Made by a program: the position numbers and the translations under genes. Below, piece after piece: positions 40,141 through 50,981 of a stretch of 52,111 nucleotides of DNA. This stretch comes from Betaproteobacteria bacterium (GTDB taxonomy: Bacteria > Pseudomonadota > Gammaproteobacteria > Burkholderiales > Burkholderiaceae_C). Location: assembly GCA_009921465.1 (NCBI GenBank), contig RFXS01000001.1:1-52111 (forward strand). The letters are read 5' to 3'. Position 1 is the stretch's first letter. The number at the start of each line of letters is the position of its first letter. Below the pieces are notes generated by a model. It worked only from the letters and a program-made list of their open reading frames with translations, ran no database searches and was not told the origin of the DNA.

Positions 40141-41310
40141 TTATAACCGCATCCAACTGCGCAGGCGATCAACCCCCAGCAGCAACCGCTGCGGGTCCTT
40201 GGAAGCAAAGCACCACCGCAACCAGCCCGTGGCTTCAGGCCCAAAAGCCTCGCCTGGCGCAAGGCCCAAGCCAGCCTCTGCCACCAAGCGTTTGGCGGTG
40301 ATCAGGCCGTCATCATGGCCCGGCAATCGAAAAAATGCGTACATGCCCCCAAAGGGCTTGCTCAATTCCAGTCCAGGCAGGGTCTGCAAGGCCCCCACCA
40401 ACGTGTCTCTGCAGGTTTTCAAATGGGCCACAACCCGCGGGGTGATCTCTTGACAGCGCTGCAAGGCGACAAACCCGGCCCGTTGGGTAAACACCGGGCT
40501 ACAGGAGGTATTGAACTCAATGAGTTTGCCAACTGCCTCGATCATCGCCGGGGGCACCACCATCCAACCCAAGCGCCAACCGGTCATTAAAAAACTTTTT
40601 GAAAAACTGTGCACAACCACCAAACGGTCTTGCGGGTCGGCCACATCCAAAAAGCTGGGGGCGCAGTCATTTTCAGCGGGCTCGTAATACAACGCTTCGT
40701 ACACCTCATCGGCCAAGATCCAGGTGCCGGTTTCACGGCAACGCTGCAAGATGGCCAGCTGTTCATGGCGACTCAAGGTCCACCCGGTGGGGTTGTTGGG
40801 CGCATTCAAGATCAACAAACGCGTGGTTGGCCTGATGGCACTGAGCATTGCATCCATGTCCAACTGCCAACGACCACCAACCGCCTGCAACGACAAGGTC
40901 CGCAACGGTGCGCCCATGATTCGGGGCTGCGCCACCAAATTGGGCCACACTGGCGTGATGGCCAACACATCGTCGCCCGCATCCACCAAGGCTTGAACGG
41001 CCAACATCAAGGCATTGACGCCACCTGCGGTGACCGCAACCCGGTCCATGGACACACCCAACCCGTGTGGTCCCGGGTGCTTGCCTGACATGTGGTCTGC
41101 AATGCCTTGGCGCAGCGCCGGCAGGCCCAAGTTATGGGCATAAAAAGTCTCACCTTGCTGCAATGAATCAATGGCAGCTTGGCGCACGAACTCAGGCGTG
41201 ACCTCATCTCCTTCACCAAACCAAAAAGCCAGCACATCATCTCGGCCCAAACCCGCATTGGCCACCTCGCGAATTTTGGACGCTTCTAAATTTAAAATTG
41301 AATTGCGCAT
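40141..41310 (-). CDS. PLP-dependent aminotransferase class I/II
   Basis: NAPNNPTG, ADEVY, SFSKSFLMTGWRLG. Confidence 0.92.
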   Translation of the reverse strand: MRNSILNLEASKIREVANAGLGRDDVLAFWFGEGDEVTPEFVRQAAIDSLQQGETFYAHNLGLPALRQGIADHMSGKHPGPHGLGVSMDRVAVTAGGVNALMLAVQALVDAGDDVLAITPVWPNLVAQPRIMGAPLRTLSLQAVGGRWQLDMDAMLSAIRPTTRLLILNAPNNPTGWTLSRHEQLAILQRCRETGTWILADEVYEALYYEPAENDCAPSFLDVADPQDRLVVVHSFSKSFLMTGWRLGWMVVPPAMIEAVGKLIEFNTSCSPVFTQRAGFVALQRCQEITPRVVAHLKTCRDTLVGALQTLPGLELSKPFGGMYAFFRLPGHDDGLITAKRLVAEAGLGLAPGEAFGPEATGWLRWCFASKDPQRLLLGVDRLRSWMRL

Positions 41311-41312
41311 GT

Positions 41313-42656
41313 TTAACTCCGGTTTGAGCGTTGAACGTCTCTCGCAAAGGGGGCTTGTGGCCTGTCCATGCGACAAAGGCTGGGCAACTCAGCTTGACGA
41401 GCGGACAAGGTTTTAACCAGCTTGAAGCCGTAGCCAGAACCTTCTGTGTCGTGCTTGACGCCACGCTGTCCCACTTTGGCCATTAACCCCACCACCAAAC
41501 TTTGTTGCAATTGATGATCGCTTTCACGCATGTGCGCTGCGTGACCAAACATGTTCAATTGGCCGCGCTCCAATTGGTTGGCCACGGCCCACGCCTGTGT
41601 GCTGCCCGCAGTTTGAATGGCTTGCACCCACATTTCCAACATGATTTGCATGCGCATGTGCACATAGTCATCTTGTGGATTTGGAAAGCGCCGCTTGAAG
41701 TCGGCATAAAAAGCCGCCGCCTCGGGCCCGGACACATTGGGCATCCATTCGGCCACCGCATAAACCTTGCCCACACCGGCGTCCCCCATGGCTTGCGGCG
41801 CACCCAATGCATTGCCATAAAAGGTATAGAAATAACCGCTGTAGCCGGCATCTTTGGCGGCCTTGACCAACAAGCTGAGGTCTTGCCCCCAGTTGCCAGT
41901 GACCACCGCCTGAGCGCCGCTGGCTTTGATTTTTTGAACATAAGGTGAGAAGTCTTTGACCCGGCCCATGGGGTGCAATGCTTCCCCCACCACCTTGGGC
42001 GCGCGGGGCATGTCAGCCAACTGCCGCTTGGCCTGTGCCAACACAGCATGGCCAAAACTGTAGTCCTGTGCAATCAAAAAAACCCGCTGGATGGACGCAT
42101 CCCCTTGCAAAACCTGCATCAAAGCGTTCATGCGCATGTCCGCATGGGCATCAAAACGGAAATGCCAAAAATTGCATCGCTCCTGGGTCAATGCGGGGTC
42201 GACAGCAGAGTAGTTCAAAAACAAAACCTGTCGCTGCGGCTCGCGTTCGTTGTGCTTTTGGATCGCATCGATCAGTGCCGCTGCCACGGCCGAACTGTTG
42301 CCTTGCAAAATCGCTCCGGCACCATCGTCAATGGCCAATCGCAAAGCAGCCAAGGCCTCTTCCACCTGGCCTTTGCTGTCATATCGCAGCAAAACCAAAG
42401 AATGGCTGGCCCCAGGCAACTTCACACCACCGCGCTGGTTGACCCGCTCTAGCGCCCATGTGAGGTTGCGCCAAACTGCATCGCCTGTATTGGCAAAAGG
42501 CCCACTGAAGGATTCGATCATGGCCAGCTTGAGGTTTGCCTCAGGCAAATGCTGGGCATGAACCGCCAGCGGAGCGAGGTGAACAAGGACCGCAAAAAGG
42601 GCCGCAAATAGCGACCAGTCGGCCCATTTCAAGACCCGCAGCGAAAAAAGATACAT
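41313..42656 (-). CDS. Branched-chain amino acid-type ABC transporter substrate-binding protein
   Basis: N-terminal signal-like region, SGPFANTG, QDYSFG, TGNWGQD; periplasmic binding protein type 1 pattern. Start uncertain. Confidence 0.82.
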   Translation of the reverse strand: MYLFSLRVLKWADWSLFAALFAVLVHLAPLAVHAQHLPEANLKLAMIESFSGPFANTGDAVWRNLTWALERVNQRGGVKLPGASHSLVLLRYDSKGQVEEALAALRLAIDDGAGAILQGNSSAVAAALIDAIQKHNEREPQRQVLFLNYSAVDPALTQERCNFWHFRFDAHADMRMNALMQVLQGDASIQRVFLIAQDYSFGHAVLAQAKRQLADMPRAPKVVGEALHPMGRVKDFSPYVQKIKASGAQAVVTGNWGQDLSLLVKAAKDAGYSGYFYTFYGNALGAPQAMGDAGVGKVYAVAEWMPNVSGPEAAAFYADFKRRFPNPQDDYVHMRMQIMLEMWVQAIQTAGSTQAWAVANQLERGQLNMFGHAAHMRESDHQLQQSLVVGLMAKVGQRGVKHDTEGSGYGFKLVKTLSARQAELPSLCRMDRPQAPFARDVQRSNRS

Positions 42657-42747
42657 GTCCCTTTGCCCTTGAATGTCGACGCCCTGGTCTCAACTGATGA
42701 TGACCGCGGAAAGTGCCGCGCAGTGTACCCCCCTCAAGGAGAAAACC

Positions 42748-43116
42748 ATGTTCTTTACCCCGATCCCCCCAGTCACTTATCGCCACAATGCCCGCATGGG
42801 CTTGGAGCGTTTTTTAAAGGAAGTGGCCCGCCCGCTTCAGTCACCCGCCACCGAGTTCGAACAAGATGAGCAGCAATACAAACTGAGAATGGATGTGCCA
42901 GGCGTATCCCGCGAAAACCTGGCCGTTCAAATCGAAGAGCAGATGGTGCAGATCAACACCACCAGTGAGGCGAGCCGGGTTTACAAGGCCCAGTTCGAAC
43001 TGCCCATGCCAATCGACGCCGCAGCCAGCAGCGCCAAACTCGAAAACGGTGTGCTGAGCTTGGTGCTGATCAAAAAATTACCGCAAAGCAAAGCCCAGGC
43101 CTTGGTGGTTCAGTGA
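42748..43116 (+). CDS. Hsp20/alpha-crystallin family small heat-shock protein
   Basis: [19 protein letters not shown]; AAGGAG SD before the ATG at 42748. Confidence 0.9.
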   Translation: MFFTPIPPVTYRHNARMGLERFLKEVARPLQSPATEFEQDEQQYKLRMDVPGVSRENLAVQIEEQMVQINTTSEASRVYKAQFELPMPIDAAASSAKLENGVLSLVLIKKLPQSKAQALVVQ

Positions 43117-44171
43117 GTTTTTGACAACTGCTGCAAGGGCCAGCGGGGCTGCACATCGAAAGCATCATCGCGTGCCAAGCGCATACCAGGCATGGCCTGG
43201 ATGCGCATGGCAGCAGCCATGGCAATCATGGCACCGTTATCGGTGCACAAATGCAACTCTGGGTAGCAAACACGCACCCCCAGGGCCAGGCACTGCGCAT
43301 CTAGCCGCTCTCGCAACGACCGATTGGCGCCCACGCCGCCAGCCACCACCAAGGTCTTCAGCCCCGTTTGCGCCAGTGCGCGCAATGACTTTTTAATCAG
43401 CACCTCCACGATCGCGTCTTGGGTGCTGGCGGCCACATCGGCAGCACGCTCGCTCAATGCCGCCCCTAGGCGTTGCGTTTGCGTCAAAACCGCAGTTTTA
43501 AGCCCGGCAAAAGAAAAGTCCAAATTTCCACTGTTGAGCAGCGGCCTGGGCAAGGCAAAAGCTTTTGCGTCCCCCGATTGCGCCAAACGGGCCAAGGCTG
43601 GTCCACCCGGGTAAGGCAAGCCCAGCAATTTGGCCGACTTGTCAAAGGCCTCGCCTGCAGCGTCGTCAATGGTTTCACCAAGCAAACGATAGTCCCCCAC
43701 GGCGTTGACCTGCATCAGTTGCGTGTGCCCACCAGACACCAACAAAGCGATGAATGGGAAAGTGGGTGGGTCTTGACTTAAAAAGGGCGAGAGCAAATGC
43801 CCCTCCAAGTGGTGCACACCGAGCAAAGGCTTGTTCCAAGCTGCAGCCAGCCCAGCCGCCACACCGGCGCCCACCAACAAAGCACCGGCCAAACCCGGCC
43901 CGCGGGTATATGCCACCACATCAATGTCTTGATGCTTGACGCCTGCTTGTGACAAAACCGCCTCGGTCAAGGGGATGACGCGGCGGATATGGTCTCGGCT
44001 GGCCAGTTCTGGCACCACGCCGCCATAAGCCTGGTGCATTTCAATTTGTGAATGCAAGGCATGAGCCATCAAAACGGGCAACCCAAGGTCTGAACCACCA
44101 CCATCGATGGTGGTTTGAACCAGTGCCACACCGGTCTCATCACAGGAAGACTCAATACCCAAAACAATCAT
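43110..44171 (-). CDS. tsaD: tRNA N6-adenosine threonylcarbamoyltransferase
   Basis: [43 protein letters not shown]. Confidence 0.97.
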   Translation of the reverse strand: MIVLGIESSCDETGVALVQTTIDGGGSDLGLPVLMAHALHSQIEMHQAYGGVVPELASRDHIRRVIPLTEAVLSQAGVKHQDIDVVAYTRGPGLAGALLVGAGVAAGLAAAWNKPLLGVHHLEGHLLSPFLSQDPPTFPFIALLVSGGHTQLMQVNAVGDYRLLGETIDDAAGEAFDKSAKLLGLPYPGGPALARLAQSGDAKAFALPRPLLNSGNLDFSFAGLKTAVLTQTQRLGAALSERAADVAASTQDAIVEVLIKKSLRALAQTGLKTLVVAGGVGANRSLRERLDAQCLALGVRVCYPELHLCTDNGAMIAMAAAMRIQAMPGMRLARDDAFDVQPRWPLQQLSKTH

Positions 44172-44209
44172 GGGCTCAGTGTAGCCCCGGTGTGCGAGAC
44201 AATCTCGAG

Positions 44210-45148
44210 ATGGGCATCAGTGCATACCTCAAAGAAATTGGCCGTGGCAAAGATGGCGCGCGCCCTTTGACCCGTGAGCAAGCCGCCGACTTGATGGGGC
44301 AGCTGCTCGATGGCCATTTGAGCGACTTGGAGGTTGGTGCGTTTTGTTTGGCCATGCGCATCAAAGGTGAAACACCGATGGAAATGGCCGGCTTTTTGGA
44401 CGCGGCATCGAACCAATTGGACCGACTCGACAGTCCCGCACAAAAGCCGACCTTGGTCATCCCCAGCTACAACGGATCACGCAAACTGCCCGTCCTCACC
44501 CCTTTGTTGGCCATGCTCTTGGCTCGCAAAGGCTTTGCCGTTTTGGTGCACGGCAGCACCACCGAAACCACCCGCGTGACCAGTGAGCAGGTGTTTGATG
44601 CCATGGGCTTGCCAAAGGCGCAAAAATCCACCCCCTTGTCACCAGGCGAGGTGTGTTTTGTTCGTACCGACATCTTTTCACCTGCATTGCAAAAGCTGCT
44701 GGATGTGCGCCGCGTGGTGGGTTTGCGCAACCCAGCGCACAGCATGGTCAAAATGCTCAATCCGGTGCGGGGGCCGGCGCTGCTGGTGTGCAACCACACG
44801 CATCCAGAATACGCCATCTCCATGACAGAAACCCTCTCGCTCATCCGAGCCCATGCCATGCTGTTGCGTGGCACCGAGGGCGAACCGGTGGCCGATCCAC
44901 GGCGCATCCCGGCCATGAGCGGGTTTGTCAATGGCCAGTCCATGCCAATGGCACCGTTGCAAACAGGCAGCTTGACCGATTTACCCACCTTGCCATTGGA
45001 CAACAGCGCCGTGACCACCGCCAATTACATTGAGGATGTATTGAAAGGGCACTTGCCTGTGCCCCCGCCCATTGCCCACCAAGTGGCCCTGCTGTGCCAT
45101 TTGGCCAATCTGATTCCCGCCTTTGGTGGTGAGGCTTTTCCACCATGA
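44210..45148 (+). CDS. ybiB: YbiB-like DNA-binding protein (TrpD2 / glycosyltransferase family 3 fold)
   Basis: [42 protein letters not shown]. Confidence 0.85.
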   Translation: MGISAYLKEIGRGKDGARPLTREQAADLMGQLLDGHLSDLEVGAFCLAMRIKGETPMEMAGFLDAASNQLDRLDSPAQKPTLVIPSYNGSRKLPVLTPLLAMLLARKGFAVLVHGSTTETTRVTSEQVFDAMGLPKAQKSTPLSPGEVCFVRTDIFSPALQKLLDVRRVVGLRNPAHSMVKMLNPVRGPALLVCNHTHPEYAISMTETLSLIRAHAMLLRGTEGEPVADPRRIPAMSGFVNGQSMPMAPLQTGSLTDLPTLPLDNSAVTTANYIEDVLKGHLPVPPPIAHQVALLCHLANLIPAFGGEAFPP

Positions 45149-45939
45149 ACACCCCTACCCACATCCCCAAAGTCAGCTTGGTGGGCGCGGGCCCGGGCGA
45201 CCCAGAACTGCTGACCCTCAAGGCCCTCAAAACCTTGCAGTCGGCCAGCTTGATTTTGGTCGACGACCTGGTCAGCGATGATGTTTTGGCCTTGGCCAAC
45301 CCTGCCGCCAGGGTGATCAAAGTGGGCAAACGAGGCGGTTGCCGCTCCACCCCACAAGCCTTCATCCACAAGTTGATGGTTCAAGCTGCCTTATCTGGCG
45401 AACAGGTGGTGCGGCTCAAGGGCGGGGACCCGTTGATCTTTGGTCGCGGCGGCGAAGAGGTGGAGCACCTGCGCAAGGCGGGCATTGAAGTGGAGATCGT
45501 CAACGGCGTGACATCGGCCTTGGCGGGCATGGCTGGCCTGCAAACAGCCCTCACCCACCGCGACCATGCACATGGCGTGGTGTTCATCACCGGGCACCGC
45601 CAAGCCGATGGACAAACCACCCCCTGGGCCGAATTGGCCCACATGGCGCACCAAGCGCGCCTGACCTTGGTGATTTACATGGGACTCGCCCAGTTGTCCC
45701 AGATCCAATCGCATTTGCGCCAAGGACTGCCCGCACGCACCCCCGTGGCTTTGTTGCAAAACATCAGCCTGCCCAACCAGCGACAGGCCGTCACAAACTT
45801 GGCCGATTTGGCGCAATGCGCAACCCAGCACGGTTTTTCCAGCCCCACTGTCATCGTGGTGGGCCAGGTGATTGCCGGACTTCAAGCCCTGGGCTTGAAC
45901 GCGGCCACATTGCCAGATCCCTTAAAAAACCAGATTTAA
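45145..45939 (+). CDS. cobA: Uroporphyrinogen-III C-methyltransferase (SUMT)
   Basis: LVGAGPGDPELLTLKA, VGKRGG, RLKGGDPLIFGRGGEE, IYMG. Confidence 0.93.
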   Translation: MNTPTHIPKVSLVGAGPGDPELLTLKALKTLQSASLILVDDLVSDDVLALANPAARVIKVGKRGGCRSTPQAFIHKLMVQAALSGEQVVRLKGGDPLIFGRGGEEVEHLRKAGIEVEIVNGVTSALAGMAGLQTALTHRDHAHGVVFITGHRQADGQTTPWAELAHMAHQARLTLVIYMGLAQLSQIQSHLRQGLPARTPVALLQNISLPNQRQAVTNLADLAQCATQHGFSSPTVIVVGQVIAGLQALGLNAATLPDPLKNQI

Positions 45940-46034
45940 CAGCGGTCTTCTCGGGTCTTTGCGCATGGCCCAGAAGCGCACAGGCCTGCGCGTGCGAAAA
46001 TCAGTTCATTAAAACCAATGACGGACATCAGCAC

Positions 46035-47139
46035 ATGGAAGCAGAACGCATCAACCTCATAGGCAATCAATTGCAAGACCTCAGCGCTCGCACCGTCGAG
46101 TTGCGGAGGTATCTTTGACTACGATGCCAAATTTGAGCGCCTGAGAACCGTCAACGCCTCCCTGGAAGACCCCAGCGTTTGGAACGAACCCAAAAAAGCC
46201 CAAGAACTCGGGCGCGAAAAAAAATCCCTTGAAGATGTGGTGCTGGGACTGGGCCGGTTGACCCAAGAACTGTCAGACAACCTGGAGTTGTTTGACATGA
46301 GCCGCGAGGAAAATGACGAGGCTGGCCTGATCACCATTGAAACCGAGGCCACAGGCCTGGCTGCCGACATCGAAAAGTTGGAATTTCGGCGCATGTTCAA
46401 TAACCCCGCCGATCACAACAATGCTTTCTTGGACATCCAAGCAGGTGCCGGTGGCACCGAAGCCTGTGACTGGGCCAGCATGCTCATGCGCCAATACCTC
46501 AAATACGCGGAACGCAAGGGCTTCAAAGCCACGCTGGAGGACGAGTCGCCCGGCGACGTGGCCGGCATCAAAGGGGCCACCTTGAAAATCGAGGGCGAAT
46601 ATGCTTTTGGTTTATTGCGCACCGAAACCGGCGTTCACCGCTTGGTGCGAAAGTCGCCTTTTGACTCATCGGGCGGGCGCCACACCAGTTTTGCCAGCAT
46701 TTTTGTCTACCCAGAGGTCGACGACTCCATCGAGATCGACATCAACCCAGCCGATGTGCGCACCGACACTTTTCGCGCCAGCGGGGCCGGAGGGCAGCAC
46801 ATCAACAAAACCGATTCGGCCGTGCGACTCACCCACATCCCAACCGGTATCGTCGTGCAGTGCCAAGATGGCCGCAGCCAGCACAGCAACCGCGATGTGG
46901 CCTGGAAGCGTTTGCGCTCGAGGCTGTACGACCACGAAATGCGCATCCGCATGGAGGCCCAGCAAAAACTCGAAGACACCAAGACCGATGTGGGCTGGGG
47001 TCACCAAATTCGCAGCTATGTGCTGGACCAAAGCCGCATCAAAGACCTGCGCACCAACGTCGAAATCAGCAACACACAAAAAGTGCTGGACGGCGACTTG
47101 GACGCCTTCATCGAAGCCTCGCTCAAGCAAGGCGTATGA
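46035..47139 (+). CDS. prfB: Peptide chain release factor 2, translated through a programmed +1 frameshift at 46113-46119
   Basis: ORF0 [27 protein letters not shown] ends at CGGAGG-TAT-CTT-TGA-C. The +1 frame continues DYDAKFERL... and carries the SPF and GGQ motifs; 367 aa in total. Confidence 0.97.
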
Positions 47140-47172
47140 CAACTTGCCCCCCAACCCACCCAGGAACCACAC

Positions 47173-49854
47173 ATGCTTGAAGGCACTGCCGCTGTGATTC
47201 GACGCGAAGACCACACTGCACCTGCATTTTGGATCGACACGGTTGATCTGACCATCGACCTTGATCCGAACAAAACCCGCGTGCTCAACAAAATGCAATT
47301 GCGCCGCAACCCCGATGTGCCAGCCCAAGCCCTGCGCTTAGATGGTGAGGAGCTCAATCTCGCCCGCGTCATGGTCAATGGACAAGGCACCAGCTTCAAA
47401 ATGGACCAAGGCCAATTGGTTTTGGAAAACTTGCCCGAAGGCCACGACACCTTTGAGCTTGAAGTATTCACCACTTGCAACCCCAGCAAGAACACACAAC
47501 TTTCTGGCCTGTACCTGAGCAAAGAAGCCTTCTTTACACAATGCGAAGCGCAAGGCTTTCGGCGCATCACTTACTTTTTGGATCGTCCCGATGTGATGTC
47601 GCTGTACCAAGTGACATTGCGCGCCGATAAAACGGCCCATCCCGTACTGTTGTCCAATGGCAATTTGGTCGAGCAAAGCGACCTGCCTGAAGGCCGGCAC
47701 ATGGCCAAGTGGGTGGACCCGCACAAAAAACCCTGCTACTTGTTTGCCCTGGTGGCCGGTCAACTGGTGTGCCGCGAGCAACGCATCACCGCCCGCTCTG
47801 GTCGCGAGCATTTGCTACAGGTTTACGTGCGCTCAGGGGATTTGGACAAGACCGACCATGCCATGCAGTCCCTGATGGCCAGCATCGCCTGGGACGAAGC
47901 CCGTTTTGGCCTGAGCCTGGACCTGGACCGCTTCATGATCGTGGCCACCGCAGACTTCAACATGGGCGCGATGGAAAACAAGGGCCTGAATATTTTCAAC
48001 ACCAAATACGTTTTGGCCAGCCCCGCCACCGCCACCGATGCCGACTATGCCAACATCGAAAGTGTGGTCGGGCATGAATACTTCCACAACTGGACGGGCA
48101 ACCGCATCACCTGCCGCGATTGGTTCCAGTTGTCCCTCAAAGAAGGCTTGACTGTTTTTCGGGATCAAGAGTTCAGCCAAGACCTTGCCGGTTCTGCTTC
48201 TGCACGGGCCGTCAAACGCATTGAAGACGTGCGTTTGTTGCGCAACATGCAATTTGCAGAAGACGCAGGCCCCATGGCGCACCCTGTGCGCCCCGACAGC
48301 TACCAAGAAATTAACAATTTTTACACGGTCACCGTGTACGAAAAAGGCGCCGAGTTGGTCCGCATGATGCAAACCTTGCTGTCTCAACCACAGGACCCAC
48401 AAGGGCGCACTGGTTTTGCCCGTGGCATGTCCCTGTACTTTCAACGCCATGATGGACAAGCCGTCACCTGTGACGACTTTGCACAAGCCATTGCAGACGC
48501 CAATCCCGCATCATCATTGACGCAACACCTGCAAGCCTTCAAGCGCTGGTATGCGCAAGCTGGCACACCCCAAGTGCATGCCAGCGCACACCACGACGAA
48601 GCCACCCAGCGCTATACCCTCACCTTGCGCCAATCTTGTGAACCCACACCTGGACAAAACAGCAAGCAGCCCTTTGTGATTCCCGTGACGGTGGGTTTGA
48701 TTGATGCCCAGGGCCAGGTTTTGCTCCACGACCAAATGTGTGTGCTGCATGAAGCCCAGCAACAGTGGGTTTTTGAGGGCATGGCCACCGCGCCCGTTCC
48801 CTCGTTGTTGCGTGGCTTTAGCGCCCCTGTGGTCCTGCACTTTGACTACACCCAAGCCCAGCTGCTCACCTTGCTGGCCCACGACAGCGACCCGTTCAAC
48901 CAATGGGAGGCAAGCCAACGCCTGTGCACGATGGCGGCCTTATCGGCCCTTCAAAACGATGCAACGCCTCAACACATCCTGCCTGCCGAAGTGATTCAAG
49001 CCATGGGGCAGGTGTTGCGGTCCGACAAGCTCGATCCGGCCTTCAAAGAACTGGTGCTCACTTTGCCCAGCGAAACCTATCTCGCCGAGCAAATGGCGGT
49101 GGTTGACCCCTGGCGAATCCACGCTGTCCGCCAAGCCATGCGGGGGCAACTGGCACGCGAGCTTCGCGGCGTTTGGGAGCAGGTTTACCAATCGCATCGC
49201 ACACGGGGTACCTTCGGCATCAATGCCCTGGCCATGGGTCAGCGCGCATTGGCCAATATGGCTTTGCAACACCTGTGTCTGGCCGCGGCTGACGATCCCA
49301 CATCTGACTGGCCAGATCAGGCCTTGCAAGCGTTCAACCAAGCCACCAACATGACCGATCGAATGGGTGCCCTGCAAGCCCTGGTTCAAGCCCATCACCC
49401 ACATGCAGGCCGTGCACTGGCACAATTCCATCACCTTTTTGCCCATGATGAGTTGGTCATTGACAAATGGTTTGCCCTGCAAGCCAGCGCGCCCGACCAA
49501 GACGGCTCGGTCCTGACCCAAGTCAAACAACTGATGCGGCACCCTGACTTTCAACTGCGCAACCCCAATCGGGCACGCAGCTTGATCTCGACTTATTGCC
49601 ATGGCAACCCAGCGGCCTTTCACCGATCGGACGCATCGGGCTATGTCTTTTGGTGCGAGCGGGTGATAGAGATCGATGCCATCAACCCCCAAGTGGCCGC
49701 CAGATTGGCCCGTGCCATGGACCGCTGGCGCAAACTGGCACAACCCTACCAAGACGCGGCCCGCGAAGCCATCAAACGCGTCGCAGCCAAGTCCGACTTG
49801 AGCAAAGATGTGCGCGAGGTGGTGACCCGCGCTTTGCAAGAAAGCACAAAATGA
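47173..49854 (+). CDS. pepN: Aminopeptidase N (M1 family)
   Basis: [23 protein letters not shown]...KEG zinc motif, NPNRARSL. Confidence 0.97.
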   Translation: MLEGTAAVIRREDHTAPAFWIDTVDLTIDLDPNKTRVLNKMQLRRNPDVPAQALRLDGEELNLARVMVNGQGTSFKMDQGQLVLENLPEGHDTFELEVFTTCNPSKNTQLSGLYLSKEAFFTQCEAQGFRRITYFLDRPDVMSLYQVTLRADKTAHPVLLSNGNLVEQSDLPEGRHMAKWVDPHKKPCYLFALVAGQLVCREQRITARSGREHLLQVYVRSGDLDKTDHAMQSLMASIAWDEARFGLSLDLDRFMIVATADFNMGAMENKGLNIFNTKYVLASPATATDADYANIESVVGHEYFHNWTGNRITCRDWFQLSLKEGLTVFRDQEFSQDLAGSASARAVKRIEDVRLLRNMQFAEDAGPMAHPVRPDSYQEINNFYTVTVYEKGAELVRMMQTLLSQPQDPQGRTGFARGMSLYFQRHDGQAVTCDDFAQAIADANPASSLTQHLQAFKRWYAQAGTPQVHASAHHDEATQRYTLTLRQSCEPTPGQNSKQPFVIPVTVGLIDAQGQVLLHDQMCVLHEAQQQWVFEGMATAPVPSLLRGFSAPVVLHFDYTQAQLLTLLAHDSDPFNQWEASQRLCTMAALSALQNDATPQHILPAEVIQAMGQVLRSDKLDPAFKELVLTLPSETYLAEQMAVVDPWRIHAVRQAMRGQLARELRGVWEQVYQSHRTRGTFGINALAMGQRALANMALQHLCLAAADDPTSDWPDQALQAFNQATNMTDRMGALQALVQAHHPHAGRALAQFHHLFAHDELVIDKWFALQASAPDQDGSVLTQVKQLMRHPDFQLRNPNRARSLISTYCHGNPAAFHRSDASGYVFWCERVIEIDAINPQVAARLARAMDRWRKLAQPYQDAAREAIKRVAAKSDLSKDVREVVTRALQESTK

Positions 49855-50858
49855 ACATCTCCCTGTCACGCTATTTGGTGGAAGAGCAGCGCGCCAAAGG
49901 AAAAATTACCCCCGAACTGCGCTTGCTGCTCGAAGTGGTGGCCCGCGCCTGTAAAAGCATCAGCCACTCGGTCAACAAAGGGGCACTTGGTGGTGTGCTT
50001 GGCAGCGCCGGATCTGAAAACGTTCAAGGCGAAGTACAAAAAAAACTCGACATCATCGCCAACGAGGTGTTGATCGAGGCCAATGAATGGGGCGGTCACC
50101 TGGCCGCCATGGCGTCGGAAGAAATGGACAGCATCCACTTGGTGCCCAACCGCTATCCACAAGGCGAATACCTGCTGTTGTTTGACCCACTCGATGGGTC
50201 CAGCAACATCGACGTCAATGTCAGCATCGGCACCATTTTCAGCGTGCTGCGCAAACCCGAAGGCGGCATCGACGTGAGTGAGGCCGATTTTCTGCAAGCT
50301 GGACAACATCAAGTGGCCGCAGGCTACTGCGTGTACGGACCCCAAACCACCTTGGTGTTGACCGTGGGAGATGGGGTGGCCATGTTCACCCTGGATCGCG
50401 AACAAGGCTCCTTTGTGCTGACCCAAGAAAAGATAAGCATTCCGGCCGACACCAAAGAATTTGCCATCAACATGAGCAACATGCGCCACTGGGATGAGCC
50501 CGTTCAACGCTACATCGGAGAGTGTTTGCAAGGCGTCGAGGGGCCACGCGGCAAAGACTTCAATATGCGTTGGATAGCCAGCATGGTGGCCGATGTGCAC
50601 CGCATCCTCACCCGTGGTGGGGTATTCATGTACCCCTGGGACAAGCGGGAACCGCACAAGCCCGGTAAGTTGCGCCTGATGTACGAGGCCAACCCCATGT
50701 CTTGGCTGGTTGAGCAAGCTGGTGGCGCAGCCACCAATGGAAAACAGCGCATATTGGACATCCAGCCCAGCCAATTGCACGAGCGCGTGAGCGTGATCTT
50801 GGGATCAAAAAGCGAAGTCGACCGCGTGACCCATTACCACCAAAGCGCTCAGCGCTGA
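49851..50858 (+). CDS. fbp: Class 1 fructose-1,6-bisphosphatase
   Basis: [35 protein letters not shown]. Confidence 0.96.
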   Translation: MNISLSRYLVEEQRAKGKITPELRLLLEVVARACKSISHSVNKGALGGVLGSAGSENVQGEVQKKLDIIANEVLIEANEWGGHLAAMASEEMDSIHLVPNRYPQGEYLLLFDPLDGSSNIDVNVSIGTIFSVLRKPEGGIDVSEADFLQAGQHQVAAGYCVYGPQTTLVLTVGDGVAMFTLDREQGSFVLTQEKISIPADTKEFAINMSNMRHWDEPVQRYIGECLQGVEGPRGKDFNMRWIASMVADVHRILTRGGVFMYPWDKREPHKPGKLRLMYEANPMSWLVEQAGGAATNGKQRILDIQPSQLHERVSVILGSKSEVDRVTHYHQSAQR

Positions 50859-50867
50859 ACCGCCCTT

Positions 50868-50873
50868 TATAAT
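50868..50873 (+). promoter_or_regulatory. Putative sigma70 -10 element for tRNA-Thr
   Basis: TATAAT 11 nt upstream of the tRNA 5' end, in an AT-rich patch. Confidence 0.5.
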
Positions 50874-50884
50874 TTTCAAATAAA

Positions 50885-50960
50885 GCCGGAATAGCTCAGT
50901 TGGTAGAGCAGCTCATTCGTAATGAGAAGGTCGGGGGTTCGATTCCTCTTTCCGGCACCA
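50885..50960 (+). tRNA. tRNA-Thr(CGT)
   Basis: 76-nt GCCGGAATAGCTCAGTTGGTAGAGCAGCTCATTCGTAATGAGAAGGTCGGGGGTTCGATTCCTCTTTCCGGCACCA; anticodon loop TTCGTAA. Confidence 0.96.
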
Positions 50961-50981
50961 ACAGGTTCTACCCCGCAAGGG

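Noticed and set aside
46035-46236. prfB as a broken gene
   Set aside because: The in-frame stop lies in the canonical programmed frameshift cassette, so the gene is intact.
49596-49850. N-terminal extensions of fbp (likewise of the usp, quinone reductase, MFS, nuoI, pnp and ybiB ORFs in the track)
   Set aside because: The extensions overlap neighbouring genes or regulatory DNA; family similarity and SD sites indicate the downstream ATGs.
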